A stretch of 63,962 bases of DNA, the filler included, from Trypethelium eluteriae (lineage: Eukaryota), in NCBI GenBank assembly GCA_051942245.1. It is 3 parts of 3 records of this genome, joined end to end, with 100 filler letters (N's around TTAATTAATTAA, not from the genome) between each part and the next. Parts side by side here need not be neighbours in the genome. Positions count along the whole stretch, not along the records: positions 1 to 23,304 come from JAVECL010000424.1; 2 more parts are not named here. One strand, given 5' to 3'. Positions 1-12,027 of this stretch are shown here, piece by piece. How positions within the stretch are numbered: position 1 is the first letter of the stretch; the number at the start of each line of letters is the position of its first letter. The notes beneath the pieces are model-generated. The model made no database searches and was not told where the DNA came from. It saw only the letters and a list, made by a program, of their open reading frames with translations. The translations under genes and the position numbers were made by a program.

Positions 1-783
1 GGAGTGAGGTGGGGATATCGTGGGGTTGGAGAAGCTTACTGTTGTTGTTGATTTGGAGAACTCCTCTGTTGGAAGTAAATTGTCTAGGAAAGAACCATGG
101 GAAAGTTAAGGAAAGTTGGTAGAAGAGGGCACTGGCGGGCCGTGCGGTTCCTGGATGTTATGCATCTAAAAAGCATCTGGGAGGGATGATGACGTCGGCG
201 GGGCAAGCAAAGTTGGGCAGGAGATCTACTCAAGGTATGTAGGTGATTGGCGTGGCACTCTCCACTGTGTTGATTTGTATTCTTCGCTTCTGTGTGCCAC
301 GTGTGCCAAGAGAATATGTCAGCCGCCAGCAGGTCTGTCGGTGTTTCATTGAACTCTGCTGGGAATCCCTATCTCAAGATTGGTTGTTACTAGAGCAATC
401 TGAGCCCGACGAATCTGTAAGAGCGCCCGAGAAGAGCCCAATGTCGGACCGCATTTTCGTGGACAATCCGTAATCTCCTCCAATTGCTATTTATCGCGTG
501 AATTCTTGAATCTAGATGATGGAGAGATCATCAGGCAATATGATCGTGATTAGTGCTATCGTTTTTTCTTTTCATTATTCTGCTGCACACTGCTAAGCTC
601 CAGATGAGATTAGATTTTCGTCCCTATAGTACTCCAGCATGTGGATGGGGGTCGATTTGTTGAGCGTCAAGCATTCATGCCTTTGTACCCGCTTATCGCT
701 CATTACCGACCACACAGATTGTCATCATATTGGAGACGTCCCGGAATTTGTCCTATCCTCTCTTGCTCTGTCATCCCAAAACC

Positions 784-3037
784 TCAGCTCCTCTCTTCCT
801 CAGCACCAGCATCCTGCTCCTCCTTCGGCGTCGCAAAAGTAAAAATGTCTTCCTCCTTGCAGAGCGCAGGGAGCCCGACATACCGATTTATCCAGTTTAT
901 CACGACGCGATGCCAGACCATACTATTCTCCGGCTTTAACACCCAATGATTCTCATCCGGAAATGTCAAGAACCGACTCTCTACCCCCCTCGTCTGCAAC
1001 GCATTAAACGCCGCCAGCCCCTCACTAATCGTCAGCCGATAATCCAGCTCATTGTGAATAATCAGATGCGGCGTCTTCCACTCCTCAATATGCAAACTCG
1101 GATCCCACCGCGCCCACTCCTTCCGCGTCCCCGCCGACGTCGGCGCCCCGCCGAGATCGTGAAACGGGAAATACAGCTCCTCGCTCGCGAGCTGGCCCGC
1201 CATGCTAAACACGCCATCGTGCGTGACGAGCGCCTTAAACTTACGCCCCAGTCCGTGGCCTTGGATCCAATTCATCATGTAGCCGCCGTAGCTGGCACCC
1301 AGCGCGACCGCGCGGCTCGTGTCGACGTCCGGCATATGACGCTCGATGTAGTCGAAGCCCTGGACGAGGTCCTCGTAGGGGAGGCCACCCCACTGCTGAT
1401 GGATGGCGTCGGTGAAGGCCTGGCCGTAGCCCGTGGACCCGGTTGGGTTCGGGCAGATGGTGATGTAGCCTTGTTCAGCGAAGACGGCTGGGTTCCACCG
1501 CGTGCTCCAGCTGTCGGTCCAGGCGCCTTGGGGTCCGCCGTGGACGAGGAATGCGAGGGGGTAGGTGTCGTTCTTGTTGTAGGTTGAGGGGCGGACAACC
1601 CAGGCGTGGATTTTGGTGTCGGAGCTGGCTCCACGGTACCAGATTTCGCTGACCTGGCTAGGTGAAAGACCGAATGCGGAGCCGTCGCGAGAGGCGGATG
1701 AGATGGTAGTGACGTTTTTAGACGGGAGTTCGAGGTACTGGTACGTACTATTGTCGACGAGACTGCTTTTAGTAATGAAGAGTTGCCTTGGCGTCAAGGG
1801 TCGTACGTCTGAGAATATGATCAGTAATGACCTGAAACAATGAAATAAGTCTCATTCGAGGTGGACAAGATGAGTCTTCATCCCACTCACCAGTGATTGA
1901 CCCATCCTCCGTCAATTTTGTCACCGGTCCTGGCAGATTCGCACTTGAGATCGCTGCAAAAAGTGACGTCTTTCCCTCATCCTCCGCGGTCAGAAACAGT
2001 GTCCCACTATCCGCACTCCACGTCACCCCACTTGGACTCCTATCCCAAAACTTCCCATCTCCATCCTCGCGACTTATCCAATGTAATGCCGCCACTGGCT
2101 GATTCACGTCCAATATCACAAACACACGATTTCGATCCGCCTCGTATCCATTCTTCTCCATCGCCAAGAACGCCGCACTCCTACCATCCGGAGAGAAAAC
2201 CGGTGACGTTGCCGCGCCATCGTAGCTTTTTGTGGCAACTTTCACAGGCGCAGAAGGGGTGGTCTGCGTGAAGGACGAGAGCGAGATCAGATAGACGTTG
2301 CACTTCGTATTAAGGGCCTGGTTTAGGTCCGGGTCTTTCGCGACGAAGATCAGGCCGCTACTGCTGAGGTCGAAGTTGTCGGTGCCGCCAAAGGGAGGTG
2401 TGGGACTCTCGAGGGAGGTACCCTGGAGGGCGTTGACAAGGTGAGTAAGGGTCCATTTACTGTCCTCTGAAGAGGAGCTATCATCCTTTTTGATGGTAGT
2501 GTACCATATAGCAGCGCGGTTTTGGGTTTTGTAGGTGTCCCAATGCCGAACCCAAATGCTGTCGTACAGCTTGCCTGTGGAGTGGGGTTTTGCTGCTGTG
2601 TCAGGGTTGTAGAGCTCGTCGTTGGGTTTGGCGAGGGCGTTAAAGGCGAGGGCGTAGCCATCCTTGACCTGTTTGAGCTTGAAGTTGCTGGCTGGAGCTG
2701 GGATCTCTCCGGCTACATAGTGTTGGTTGTCGAAGTCGTCAATGGGACCGACGAGAACATTGGTGGTACCATCAGTGTCACTCTCCAAGAGAAAGACGGT
2801 CTCGTCGTCCAGCCAGTTGGGCTCGCTCAGTTCTTTGTGTCTGCTGACCAGTCTGGACTCGTTACTCTTGACGTCAAGCACGCGGATCTCCACAGTCTTC
2901 TCATGGTCTTCAAAAGAGTATACGTGGGTCGTGTAGAGCACGAGTGATCCATCTGCGTTGGGGATTCCGGGGGAGCGGCGGGGCGCGCTGAGCAGTACGC
3001 TTGGTGTGAACTTGGTTGCCCGGATTGCCATGGTCAT
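784..3037 (-). CDS. dpp5: Dipeptidyl-peptidase V-like S9 family serine peptidase; exons 3037-1891 and 1808-784
   Basis: ORFs 1769-3037 and 784-1797 join in frame across a GT-AG intron at 1809-1890 (GTGAGT...TACTGAT...CAG), giving ...SITDVRPLTPRQ... Motifs: HGGPQ, NPTGSTGYGQ, GASYGG nucleophile, ELDYR, PDENHW. Start could be 3037 or 3031. Confidence 0.92.
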
Positions 3038-3706
3038 GCAATTTAGAGACTTACGTGTGGAATGAGGTATTCCTGGCGTGGGCCAGAGTTATGTGCCCGC
3101 TGTGGACTCTGGCTCCTTAATATGGGTGGAGTCCTGAAGCGGAAGGCCGTCTGTACCTGTGCATAACCCATGCACCGATGATTGATCACCGTCATAGCTC
3201 TGCGGGGGCCCAGGTACCTGAGGCGGACTGAACCTTAAGAGATGGGTCTCATAGGCCGGACGGTGCCGGAAATGCTCGCTGAGCTTGCCATCCATTTGGA
3301 CGGGTACGCGAAGAACTTCTTTTTGCAATATTGTCCTTTGATCTTCTGGTGGTGATCAAAGAAGTAGCATCCATCGTAAAATAACGAACCACTTTATGTC
3401 ATCTTTCCCGCACTACATCATGTCCGATATCGGATGGACCTAACTCGTGCGTGATCGTCAATGTAATAGAAGTCTTGATAATATATATGTATTCATGACC
3501 ATCAAGTGTATCTAAAGTGCCCAATTTTATTAAGTGGCAGGCTAGGTAGCCATGCGTCTTCATCTGCGGCTCTGCCCCAATGCAGCATCCATATACCATA
3601 TCCAATGTCACCGAGCAAGCCGCAACCAGATAGTTGCTAGACAAGACCGAGTCCAAAGGTTGGGCCAACATTTAGACTACGTAAAGGTGTGAAAAGTCTT
3701 GCTCGT

Positions 3707-6700
3707 TCAAGTCGCGGACACGTCCAGCCCTGCATCTTTCAGGCCATGTAGAAAACCCTCCTTCGCATCCATCGGCTTCTTCTTCCCCTTCTTGAGGCTC
3801 TCAACAATCATCTGCCGCACTTGCTCCGCTCCAATCGCATCTGCCTTTCCATCGTCTCCCTCGGTCGCGCCTTCTCCTGCAACCCTCTGGTCCATTGTAA
3901 GTTTGGACTCGCCGAGTGCATAGATTTGCTCTTCGATAGTACCCTTCGTAATCAACCGAACTACCTCCACCTCTCGCGTCTGACCAACACGGTGAGCACG
4001 GTTCTCGGCCTGGATGTCATCCTGGGGATTGAATGACGAATCGAAAATGATGACCTTGTTCGCTGCCGGGAGGTTGATGCCCGTCCCTCCTGCTTTGGTC
4101 GACAACATAAAGACTGGGATGGAACTGTCCGCCCCGAACTCATCGACCATGGCGAGACGGTCAGGGATAGCGGTGTTACCATCCAAACGATGGAAAGATA
4201 GATTCAAATCTGTGAGGACGCGCTCCAGGATATCCATGACCATCGTGAACTGTGAAAAGATGAGGGTACGGTCACCATTCGCTTTGAAGCGGGCGAGGAG
4301 CTCGCATAGTTTCTTGACTTTGCCACTATCCATCCATTCGTCGTCCTTGAGCTTGAAATCTCCCAGAACGTGGGAGTTCTCCCAGCAATATTTGTGGAGA
4401 TCGAAGTCTCCCATTTTAGAGTACGACTCCCAAATACGATCGTCCTTCCCTTCCACAAGATCATTTTGCTTGGCAATGCGAATGATTTTCCGAAGCTTGT
4501 TGTCATCGTACAATCGTCTGAAGAGGAGAGGATGGATTGCAGCCAAGCGTAAACCGGTCATGGCCCCACCACGCTTTTTGGGGCCCCTTCTGGCCGTGGT
4601 GGACTGCTCGAGTTCAGGCTTTTCCTCTTCAAGCTGTGATAAATACATTTCTTGATGTGCACCCGATAGGAGTTCACACTGCTCGACTCTCCTGATCTTC
4701 GGTGGCAAATCCAGGACTTGGTGCTTCTTTCGCCGAAGAACAAAAGGCGTCATCATTGATCTCGCACGATTGATTCTTCTTGCCGAGAGTAGTCCTGCAT
4801 GGTCGTTATCAACGGTTTTGGCCTTGTATTTGAAGATATATTGGAGGTCCTCTTGCTGCTCCTGAAACACATCCGGCATAATGAAGGCTAATAGAGAGAC
4901 GAGTTCTTGGAGATTATTCTGAAGCGGTGTGCCAGTAAGTAGCAAACGGAACTGAGATGGGATCCTGATGAGAGTGTCGTATAGTTTGTTGGCTCGGTTG
5001 CGAAGGACATGACCCTCATCATACACCGTGGCAATAGGCCTGAGCCTACGCAGAAACTTTGCGTCGACATTGCCATCAATCATGCTCCTGCCCTTGGCCA
5101 TGTCGTAGGTTGTGACGACAACATTGATGTGCTGAATATTGTCCTCGATGATGGCTCGTTGCTGAGCCCTTTCAGGCTGGGTGCCATAGTAGGGCTCAAC
5201 GTAGAGATTTGGAGAGAAATTACGCAATTCGCGTAACCAATTCTCTAGCGTTGAGCCGGGGACAAATACAAGATGCGGACCAGTGACACCAGTTTCGACA
5301 AGGTGGGAGATAAACGCGATAACCTGGCATGTCTTGCCCAGACCCATATCGTCTGCGAGAATTCCACTCATCTTCTGTTCGAAGAGTAGGTTCAGCCATG
5401 TCAATCCCACAAGTTGATAGTCTTTCATCGCAATATCCTTGCTCATCATCGCTGGCTGGCTCAATGGACGTTTGAAAGGTTTTTGTGACTCCTTTCTGAT
5501 TTGCTCGACATCGGAATCAGATTCAGCAATATCTCTGCGTGTCTTACCCATACTTGTCTTATTTACACCTTCGGTATCGTCTTCAATGTTCGGTGTAGAA
5601 CTTGATGGAGTACCTATGCCAGAATCGTGTACGGATCCATTTTCGAGTCTCGTTGCGTCTTGTAGCCTTGTGCTTGAAAGTTCACCGGTTTGGCCAGTGA
5701 CTTCGGCAGCCAATCCAAGAGGCTCCATTGCTGCTCGCAAATTCTTGCCCAGCATCTCGCATCTTTTGACAAGTCGATCAACAGCCTCAAAACCAATCCA
5801 CATGTCAAGACAAACATCCACAATCTTGTCTCCAATCAATTTCCGGGGCTTCCGACTTTTTGTTGGTACCGTGGACTCGGAGACAGCGCGAACTTGGGTA
5901 AGAGACTTAAATGGTCGCTTTTCAATGACAATCGCTGCCATTTCTTCGGGCTGATTGGAAATATCAGCCAACTCTTCAATAGTGCAGCGATTCACGAATT
6001 TCAGAAGCTCCTTCTCGACTCCTTCGGAATTGCCATCATCAATGTCACCACCTCGATCATGCCCCAAACCAGAGTCTGAGTCCGAGTCTATGATGGTAAC
6101 GGATGGCGCTGACTTTTTCTGTTCATGTTTTGAAGGTCTCTTAGAGATGGGCGTCACCGGAGATCCTTTGGTAATCTTCACGCCTTCGTCGTCGTCGAAC
6201 GGCACAGGAGATGAAGATGGCCGCCTTTTACGGCTCAAAAGACGTTTACGCGGCGGTTGGCCTTGGGAGCTGGACACAGATGCAGGTGCAGGTGCAGGTG
6301 CGGGTGCAGGTGCAGGTGCGGGTTCCTTTTGGGTAAGGCGCCGGCTGGCTTGGGTAGAAGACCACTTGTTCTGAATCGACTGACCATGATCCTTGACTTG
6401 ACGTTTTGCAACAGGTTCGGGTTTTGCCATGTGTGAAGAAGGTTCCTCGTCATCAGACACTGTGAGATCGACGGGACCGTGTTCCGAGCCAGCGTCGAAT
6501 AGTCTGTCCATGGCATCTTCATAATTGTAGTGCGATTTCTGGAGAGCAGCCTGACACTGAGCCACGCTCTTTGTAGGTAATAGCTCCCGCATCTTTTGAA
6601 TGCCCATCCTAACTTTAGGATCCTCAATGTCTTCCAGTGTAATTTCATCGTCCTCTGTTTGCACTGGTTGGGCTCGTGCAGGTCCAGTCTGTCGCATTTG

Positions 6701-7387
6701 CTTCAAATTCCGGTGAGCGGTGCCATATGCACTCGCACTGTCATCTGCCACCCGTTTCATCGGTAGTTGATTGTTTGCACTAGCCAGCTTTGTGTTTGAT
6801 CCTTCGCCGTTGTAGTTGAACTTGGATAGATGAGCACCAAAGCTCGATTTTGCAGGTACAGCATTCCGATTGCCGTTCGAGAATATGGTAGGTTTAATAT
6901 CCACATCGGGTAGATCATCATCATCCGATGGGGAGCTATAGTGCACCGCAGGATCGTCGTCGCTTGAAGGTCCAGGAATCGTTGTAGTAGGGACAGCGGG
7001 TTGTCTGAAGACTGTTCCTGGCGGAGCAAAGCTGCTACCAGTAACTAGGGATGGTGTTTGCCGAGCGACGGCTGGAGGTGATACTGGAGACGAGGCAGCA
7101 ACCTGTACCGTTGGAGGTGAACTTGAGTATACCGCATTCTTGGCGTCGGGAGGCTCCTTCGAGTTTCGAAGGATCTGAGTCGGTTGCGTAGTATATGTAC
7201 AGGGTGATGAGCCCCGAGTCTCCAGCTTCTTGTACGGACTTCGCTGCTGTGAAAGAGGAACCGTTGCAATCGTCTCGTGGTCAAAGAGTTCGTCGCCACT
7301 ATCGTCTTGTGAATCATATGCAAAAGCCTGCTTCACTTGAGGTGAGGAGGGCTGTATCGGATCACTCTCCGGTATTATCGTGGACAT
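3707..7387 (-). CDS. FUN30: SNF2-family chromatin remodeller, Fun30/SMARCAD1/Fft type
   Basis: Single 1226-aa ORF with ILADDMGLGKT, DEGH, LLTGTPLQNNL, LSTKAGGTGINL and QAENRAHRVGQ, plus an N-terminal CUE-like segment (LLPTKSVAQCQAALQKSHYNYEDAMDRL). Confidence 0.93.
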   Translation of the reverse strand: MSTIIPESDPIQPSSPQVKQAFAYDSQDDSGDELFDHETIATVPLSQQRSPYKKLETRGSSPCTYTTQPTQILRNSKEPPDAKNAVYSSSPPTVQVAASSPVSPPAVARQTPSLVTGSSFAPPGTVFRQPAVPTTTIPGPSSDDDPAVHYSSPSDDDDLPDVDIKPTIFSNGNRNAVPAKSSFGAHLSKFNYNGEGSNTKLASANNQLPMKRVADDSASAYGTAHRNLKQMRQTGPARAQPVQTEDDEITLEDIEDPKVRMGIQKMRELLPTKSVAQCQAALQKSHYNYEDAMDRLFDAGSEHGPVDLTVSDDEEPSSHMAKPEPVAKRQVKDHGQSIQNKWSSTQASRRLTQKEPAPAPAPAPAPAPASVSSSQGQPPRKRLLSRKRRPSSSPVPFDDDEGVKITKGSPVTPISKRPSKHEQKKSAPSVTIIDSDSDSGLGHDRGGDIDDGNSEGVEKELLKFVNRCTIEELADISNQPEEMAAIVIEKRPFKSLTQVRAVSESTVPTKSRKPRKLIGDKIVDVCLDMWIGFEAVDRLVKRCEMLGKNLRAAMEPLGLAAEVTGQTGELSSTRLQDATRLENGSVHDSGIGTPSSSTPNIEDDTEGVNKTSMGKTRRDIAESDSDVEQIRKESQKPFKRPLSQPAMMSKDIAMKDYQLVGLTWLNLLFEQKMSGILADDMGLGKTCQVIAFISHLVETGVTGPHLVFVPGSTLENWLRELRNFSPNLYVEPYYGTQPERAQQRAIIEDNIQHINVVVTTYDMAKGRSMIDGNVDAKFLRRLRPIATVYDEGHVLRNRANKLYDTLIRIPSQFRLLLTGTPLQNNLQELVSLLAFIMPDVFQEQQEDLQYIFKYKAKTVDNDHAGLLSARRINRARSMMTPFVLRRKKHQVLDLPPKIRRVEQCELLSGAHQEMYLSQLEEEKPELEQSTTARRGPKKRGGAMTGLRLAAIHPLLFRRLYDDNKLRKIIRIAKQNDLVEGKDDRIWESYSKMGDFDLHKYCWENSHVLGDFKLKDDEWMDSGKVKKLCELLARFKANGDRTLIFSQFTMVMDILERVLTDLNLSFHRLDGNTAIPDRLAMVDEFGADSSIPVFMLSTKAGGTGINLPAANKVIIFDSSFNPQDDIQAENRAHRVGQTREVEVVRLITKGTIEEQIYALGESKLTMDQRVAGEGATEGDDGKADAIGAEQVRQMIVESLKKGKKKPMDAKEGFLHGLKDAGLDVSAT
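6281..6323. repeat. (TGCAGG/TGCGGG)n hexamer microsatellite encoding a Pro-Ala run in Fun30
   Basis: About seven tandem hexamers; the minus strand reads PAPAPAPAPAPAPA. Confidence 0.85.
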
Positions 7388-7715
7388 TGTGCCCTCGTTG
7401 GGGGATTCTTCAGAAAACGAACAGGAGCTTCAGGAAAATCACAGTTAGTGCAGGTCGTCCACAGACCTAGAGATAGGTAGAAAACGAGACGATAATCGAG
7501 TTGCAGCAGTCAGATTGGATTGCTAGAGCATCCGAGGGCGAGTGCTGCCTGACATTGAGCATAAAGCATTTTTGGTGGTGGCAGAAGTGACGTTGAATCG
7601 AGTCGCGAGTATGGGTGTGGACGTGGGCGCGGGCGACGCGCCTTTGTTCGCGAATCCATTTTAAGCTTCGCGTTCCTCCCTTACGCTCTCAGTCCATCTA
7701 CCTTCATCGATCAGA

Positions 7716-8159
7716 ATGGCTACTAGACGGATAGTCTCTGACGGCAAGGACATCTTAGAAAGAAATGACTTGAGCAGTGCTCCAGCGGGCTCATCAGAGA
7801 AGTCAAATATCAGCCCTGCTGTTCCTACGTTCGTGCTTCGTTTTCCATCAACCTTATCAATGCATTGACTGAAACAGCTAGATCTGTCATTGTCAAGTTG
7901 CTCGGTTTTACGTTTGCAATGATTTCTCTGCCAATTGGCACGTATTTCCTATCCGTAAATACGATCTTTGGGGGCACGTGTGGGATTCCATCCTGTCATT
8001 TTGTACATGGCTAATCGTGGGATAGGTAATTCTACATTTGCAGGAGCATCGGCCGCTGTTATTGCCAATGTAGTACTGATTGCTTACGTCGTAGTGGCAA
8101 TGAGAGAGGACCAGTCGGAGCAAATGGCTACAGAGCAAAAGCAGAAGAAGGCTGAATGA
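7716..8159 (+). CDS. VMA21: V-ATPase assembly factor Vma21; exons 7716-7828, 7882-7973, 8026-8159
   Basis: Spliced product MATRRIVSDGKD...SNISPAVPTSVIVKLLGFTFAMISLPIGTYFLSVNTIFGGNSTFAGASAAVIANVVLIAYVVVAMREDQ...KKAE, with two TM helices and a KKXX ER-retrieval end. Confidence 0.9.
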
Positions 8160-9591
8160 GATCACTTTGATACGCTGTTCAGCCAAGCATTAATGGGCGT
8201 TACAGTGGTGGCCACGGTTTTACAGGATTGCTTTTGCATCACTGGGGTCGGCGGAATACTAAATGTCGATCACCAAAGATACCTCATTAATCACAAGCTT
8301 TGCATCGTTGGGTTGATGGCGGTGTGAAGATACCAAATTCGGTCGAGGGAGATTGCTGGTATACTAAGGTGAAAGAAGCCAAGATTCTAAGAGATAGTCC
8401 CAGTTCTGGAAGAATGGCGTCGACCACGGACCAAATGAGAAATCAGTAGACTTTACTTACACTCCGGCAGATTGGTACAACGTCTGTACATAGAAAAGAA
8501 GGTGCTGCTATATTTCATATACCAGATGGATTCTCCAGGCCAGAGTACATCTGATCTCTGAGAGATTTCAAGCGTGGCGGCCAATAGACTGCAAGGTGAG
8601 GAAATGGTCGAATAGGAGTTGATAGTTGACCTTAATTCATCTAAGGAATCCGGCTCTCCTCTACGGAGTAGTACGTCGGAGTATCTCCGTTGCTGTGACA
8701 GTCACCTGGGCTGAACTTTGTTCTGATTGGCGTTACCGCCACCACGGCTGCAACAAGGCCTGCAGCAGGATGCTGAGTAAAGACGGGGGACACGCGTTTC
8801 AGATTATTGACAAGCACGTTTTGTACGTATCCCAGCTTCTGTGTTGGCGGAGCATTCCTTACATGTCCACTGTGTTGCATGTCAGATTGAGGCGGTTCAG
8901 GCAACAGTTCGGTCAGACAGCGGGCGGAGCGTCGCGGCTTGGGTATCGTAGCATGCCGTGCATGCGTAGACTATGATGATACTAGTCAGGGAGATCGGCC
9001 AGACTCAAAGAAATAGTGCATCGGGCTGGTCTTGGATACGTTTGGCTTCCGCAGTGGAGTGGTCGGGGCGGGAGTCTTTGCAGGCCCCGACTCCCCGTGG
9101 TTGGCCAAACTCGTAGAAATAATGCACGACCGCATGCGTCGTCACCACCTTTACGATCCGGTTTCCCCGCCAAATCCCTACCTGGTCAGATACTGACGGC
9201 TCTGCAGTCTGCGGAGTGCGTGGCCTACGACCGCTTCCAGCCATTTTCAGCCAATTCTTACCATCAAACCTCACTAGTACGTACCGGTCACCAGGCGGAC
9301 TGCGGAATAGACCAATCCTTCCGTATCTATCCAAGCGAATTCGTGCCACACCCAACACCAACGAACTTTGGAGACTTTGGGTTTACTCATTCCTCAGCAC
9401 CGGGCGGCAGTGCAGGCGCTGAAGCTGTCTTCAAACTGGAACTCTGGGCGCACATGCTACCAAGTTCCATTACGCTCGTTTGACAGCAACACTTTGAATG
9501 CGTCGTCTTCGTCATTGATTACAACGATATTCTCATTTTACCTTATCGCAACTGCCACCACCCTTCAGTCCATCGCATCAACTAAATCGTA

Positions 9592-11004
9592 ATGGAACAC
9601 CAGGGACATTCACGGCCTCGAGCCAAGTCGGGCTTCAGTTTTCGAAGTAACAAGAGTGACAGCAGCAGCAACTCCAAGCCAAAGGTAGATCTTCAGGAAA
9701 CAGACGCAGATAAGCGGAGATGGCACATGAAGGAGGGGACCAAAGCCAATCCCAATACGGCTATCGATGAAGCCCAGCCAGGTATGTTGGACGGCGGATC
9801 TGCCTTTGCTGAGTGGTGATTCTTACGTTCTCGTAGCTGCCGTCGCCAATCAAAGGTCTACAATGGACTCTGTACGCTCTGTGGAATGGAAAGATTCAAC
9901 CGGCAATGTCATCTGTAAGGCTCATACATTCAACGAGGGTATGGGAGGCGGTTTGCTGACAATCTCTTCAATAGCTGACCCGGACCTTTCCAACCCTTCC
10001 AGGTCACGGTGGGAACGCCCATTAGATACCATTCGGTCCTTTGAGGCAGCGATAGATGGACAACACAAGAAAAGGCAATCCATAGTCAGAACAGGTGCGT
10101 CCGTGGTTGAGGACATGTGCGTTGCGTAATTACGAAGGTCTAACATCTGGCAGAGTCCGAAGGCTTCAATGGCTTTGCTAGTCATAGGAGTAGCTACTTT
10201 GGAGGTAAGGGAAGACCCATTCTGCCTCAATGCGACTGGCTTTGCTCATCATTACATCTCGTAGGTTATGGCAATGACCAGAATAACGGTCGATTCTCAC
10301 AAGCCGGAGGCTACTATGGTTCCCGTACTCCTGCCTCACGCCCAGATAGTTATTACCACGATGGATATGGAGCAGGGCCGGCGCCACCAGCACCACCTCG
10401 GCATCGTTATGGTCAGCGATTGAATTCAGACCCCACTCTATCGCGGTACAATAATCCGAATCAGAACCCGAATCCGAATCCGAGCCATGGAGTTTACCCA
10501 AGTCATGGCTATCATCAGTCGTACGATACGGTCAATACGGGAATGTCGAACGGTAGCGAGAGCACCGGGCAGTGGGCGAACTCGACCGATCCGAGCAGTG
10601 AAAACAGTTCCATCGACCGAGTGAATCCCCCTTCCTCAAAGCAGGAGCCTCAGGAAACGTATGGTCTGACTGGGTTTGGTGGAGCGCCTAATCTGCAAGG
10701 TCCAATTCTGGAGGAATACGGCACAGGCTCACACGGCGCTGCCTATCCCGTACCGAACGTAGGAAGGATGCCAGGGCAGAACGTCGCCGGTGCTCTTCCC
10801 CATCAGCAGCAATATTATGATGCTCCGCCTGCTGTTCCTCCGAAAGCCAGTCAAGGACAAGGACAGCGCAAACTGTTGAAGCTCAATTCAGGTGGTGAAA
10901 CTTCGCCCTTGCAGGCAGGCGCAGCACCGGATAGGTCCGAGCTGAGCCACAGTCCGAGCGAGAAGCGAAAGAGCTGGTTCAAGAGACGATTCAGTAGGGA
11001 CTAA
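9592..11004 (+). CDS. DUF2406-family fungal protein, five exons (introns about 9782-9836, 9915-9974, 10095-10153, 10205-10264)
   Basis: KANPNTAIDEAQP and DPDLSNPSRSRWERPLDTIRSFEAAIDG are the characteristic DUF2406 motifs; it ends KRKSWFKRRFSRD. The GT-AG introns restore one frame. Confidence 0.82.
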
Positions 11005-12027
11005 GGATCTTGCACATATGGGCAGCTTCCCTTCGAATACATAATGGTTAATGGATGATGTTGCCAAGCTGCTCTGCATTCAAACGGCGTTGTGGATGCG
11101 TTGAACGCGATGGGACGGGACGATTAATGGTGAATGTTGAGGGCCAGGAGCTTGAAGAAGTGATGATTCGGTGGTCTCTAGGGAGGCGATTCGGAACAAT
11201 ACCGTCGGCCTGACCGAAGACTGCGCTTTCCAGGGGCGGCTTCGAGCATTGAGTTGGATAATAATTAGCGTGACATTGTCAACCCCCATTCCTTGTCTGT
11301 ATCTCTCTGTACTACAGATCACCACATTATTAGGATACTTTACGAAAAGAATCGAGACCGGTGTTTTGGATGAACTGCGGAAGATCTCAGGTGTCAAGAG
11401 AGTTCAGCTGGACACGCAATGCGACATGTTTCCACGCAGAAATATGAGAGACATCTGGCAAGACCATCACTACGGCATTCTACACTTGTCTACACATGAA
11501 ACTCCAATTACTGACTAGGTAACTAAAAAAAAGTGAGGCACCTAGACGTTGGGTGAGCATGTGCTTCCGTTCACCGATGAGCTCCGGTTCTGGGTGTATA
11601 TTGATCAGAACCAGCCCCAAGGATGTGATTTCTGCATTGGAGGATTGAGCTTTGAGGTGCGCATACTTCTAGAACCTTCGAAGAGAGTGAGTGTGTTTGG
11701 CAACTAGGTAAACAAGGTACCTAAGGGTGTAAGGCAGCTGTCGGTGTGGAATAGGCGGTGGCATCGAGGCGAGGCGTACGGGTGCTCGGGCCTCAGGAGC
11801 TAGCGGCAGCTTTCCCCACGCGGCCGGTCTAAGTACGGTGGCCTCATTTCTTCAAACGTGGCATCTTGGATTTTTACCCGACTTCTTCTATCTACCCCCC
11901 TTCGTTCCTGCCATAGGATTGATCGGCTTGTTCCAACAACTTCTCCATTGTTGCTTTCTCTCAATTCAACCATAGTCAATTTCTAATCTCCCGAGGCGTA
12001 CCTTGCTGACAGGAGCAAGAAGCCAAA

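Noticed and set aside
11850..11865. ACGTGGC as a possible UPR element upstream of calnexin
   Set aside because: Biologically plausible, but too short to distinguish from chance without conservation data.
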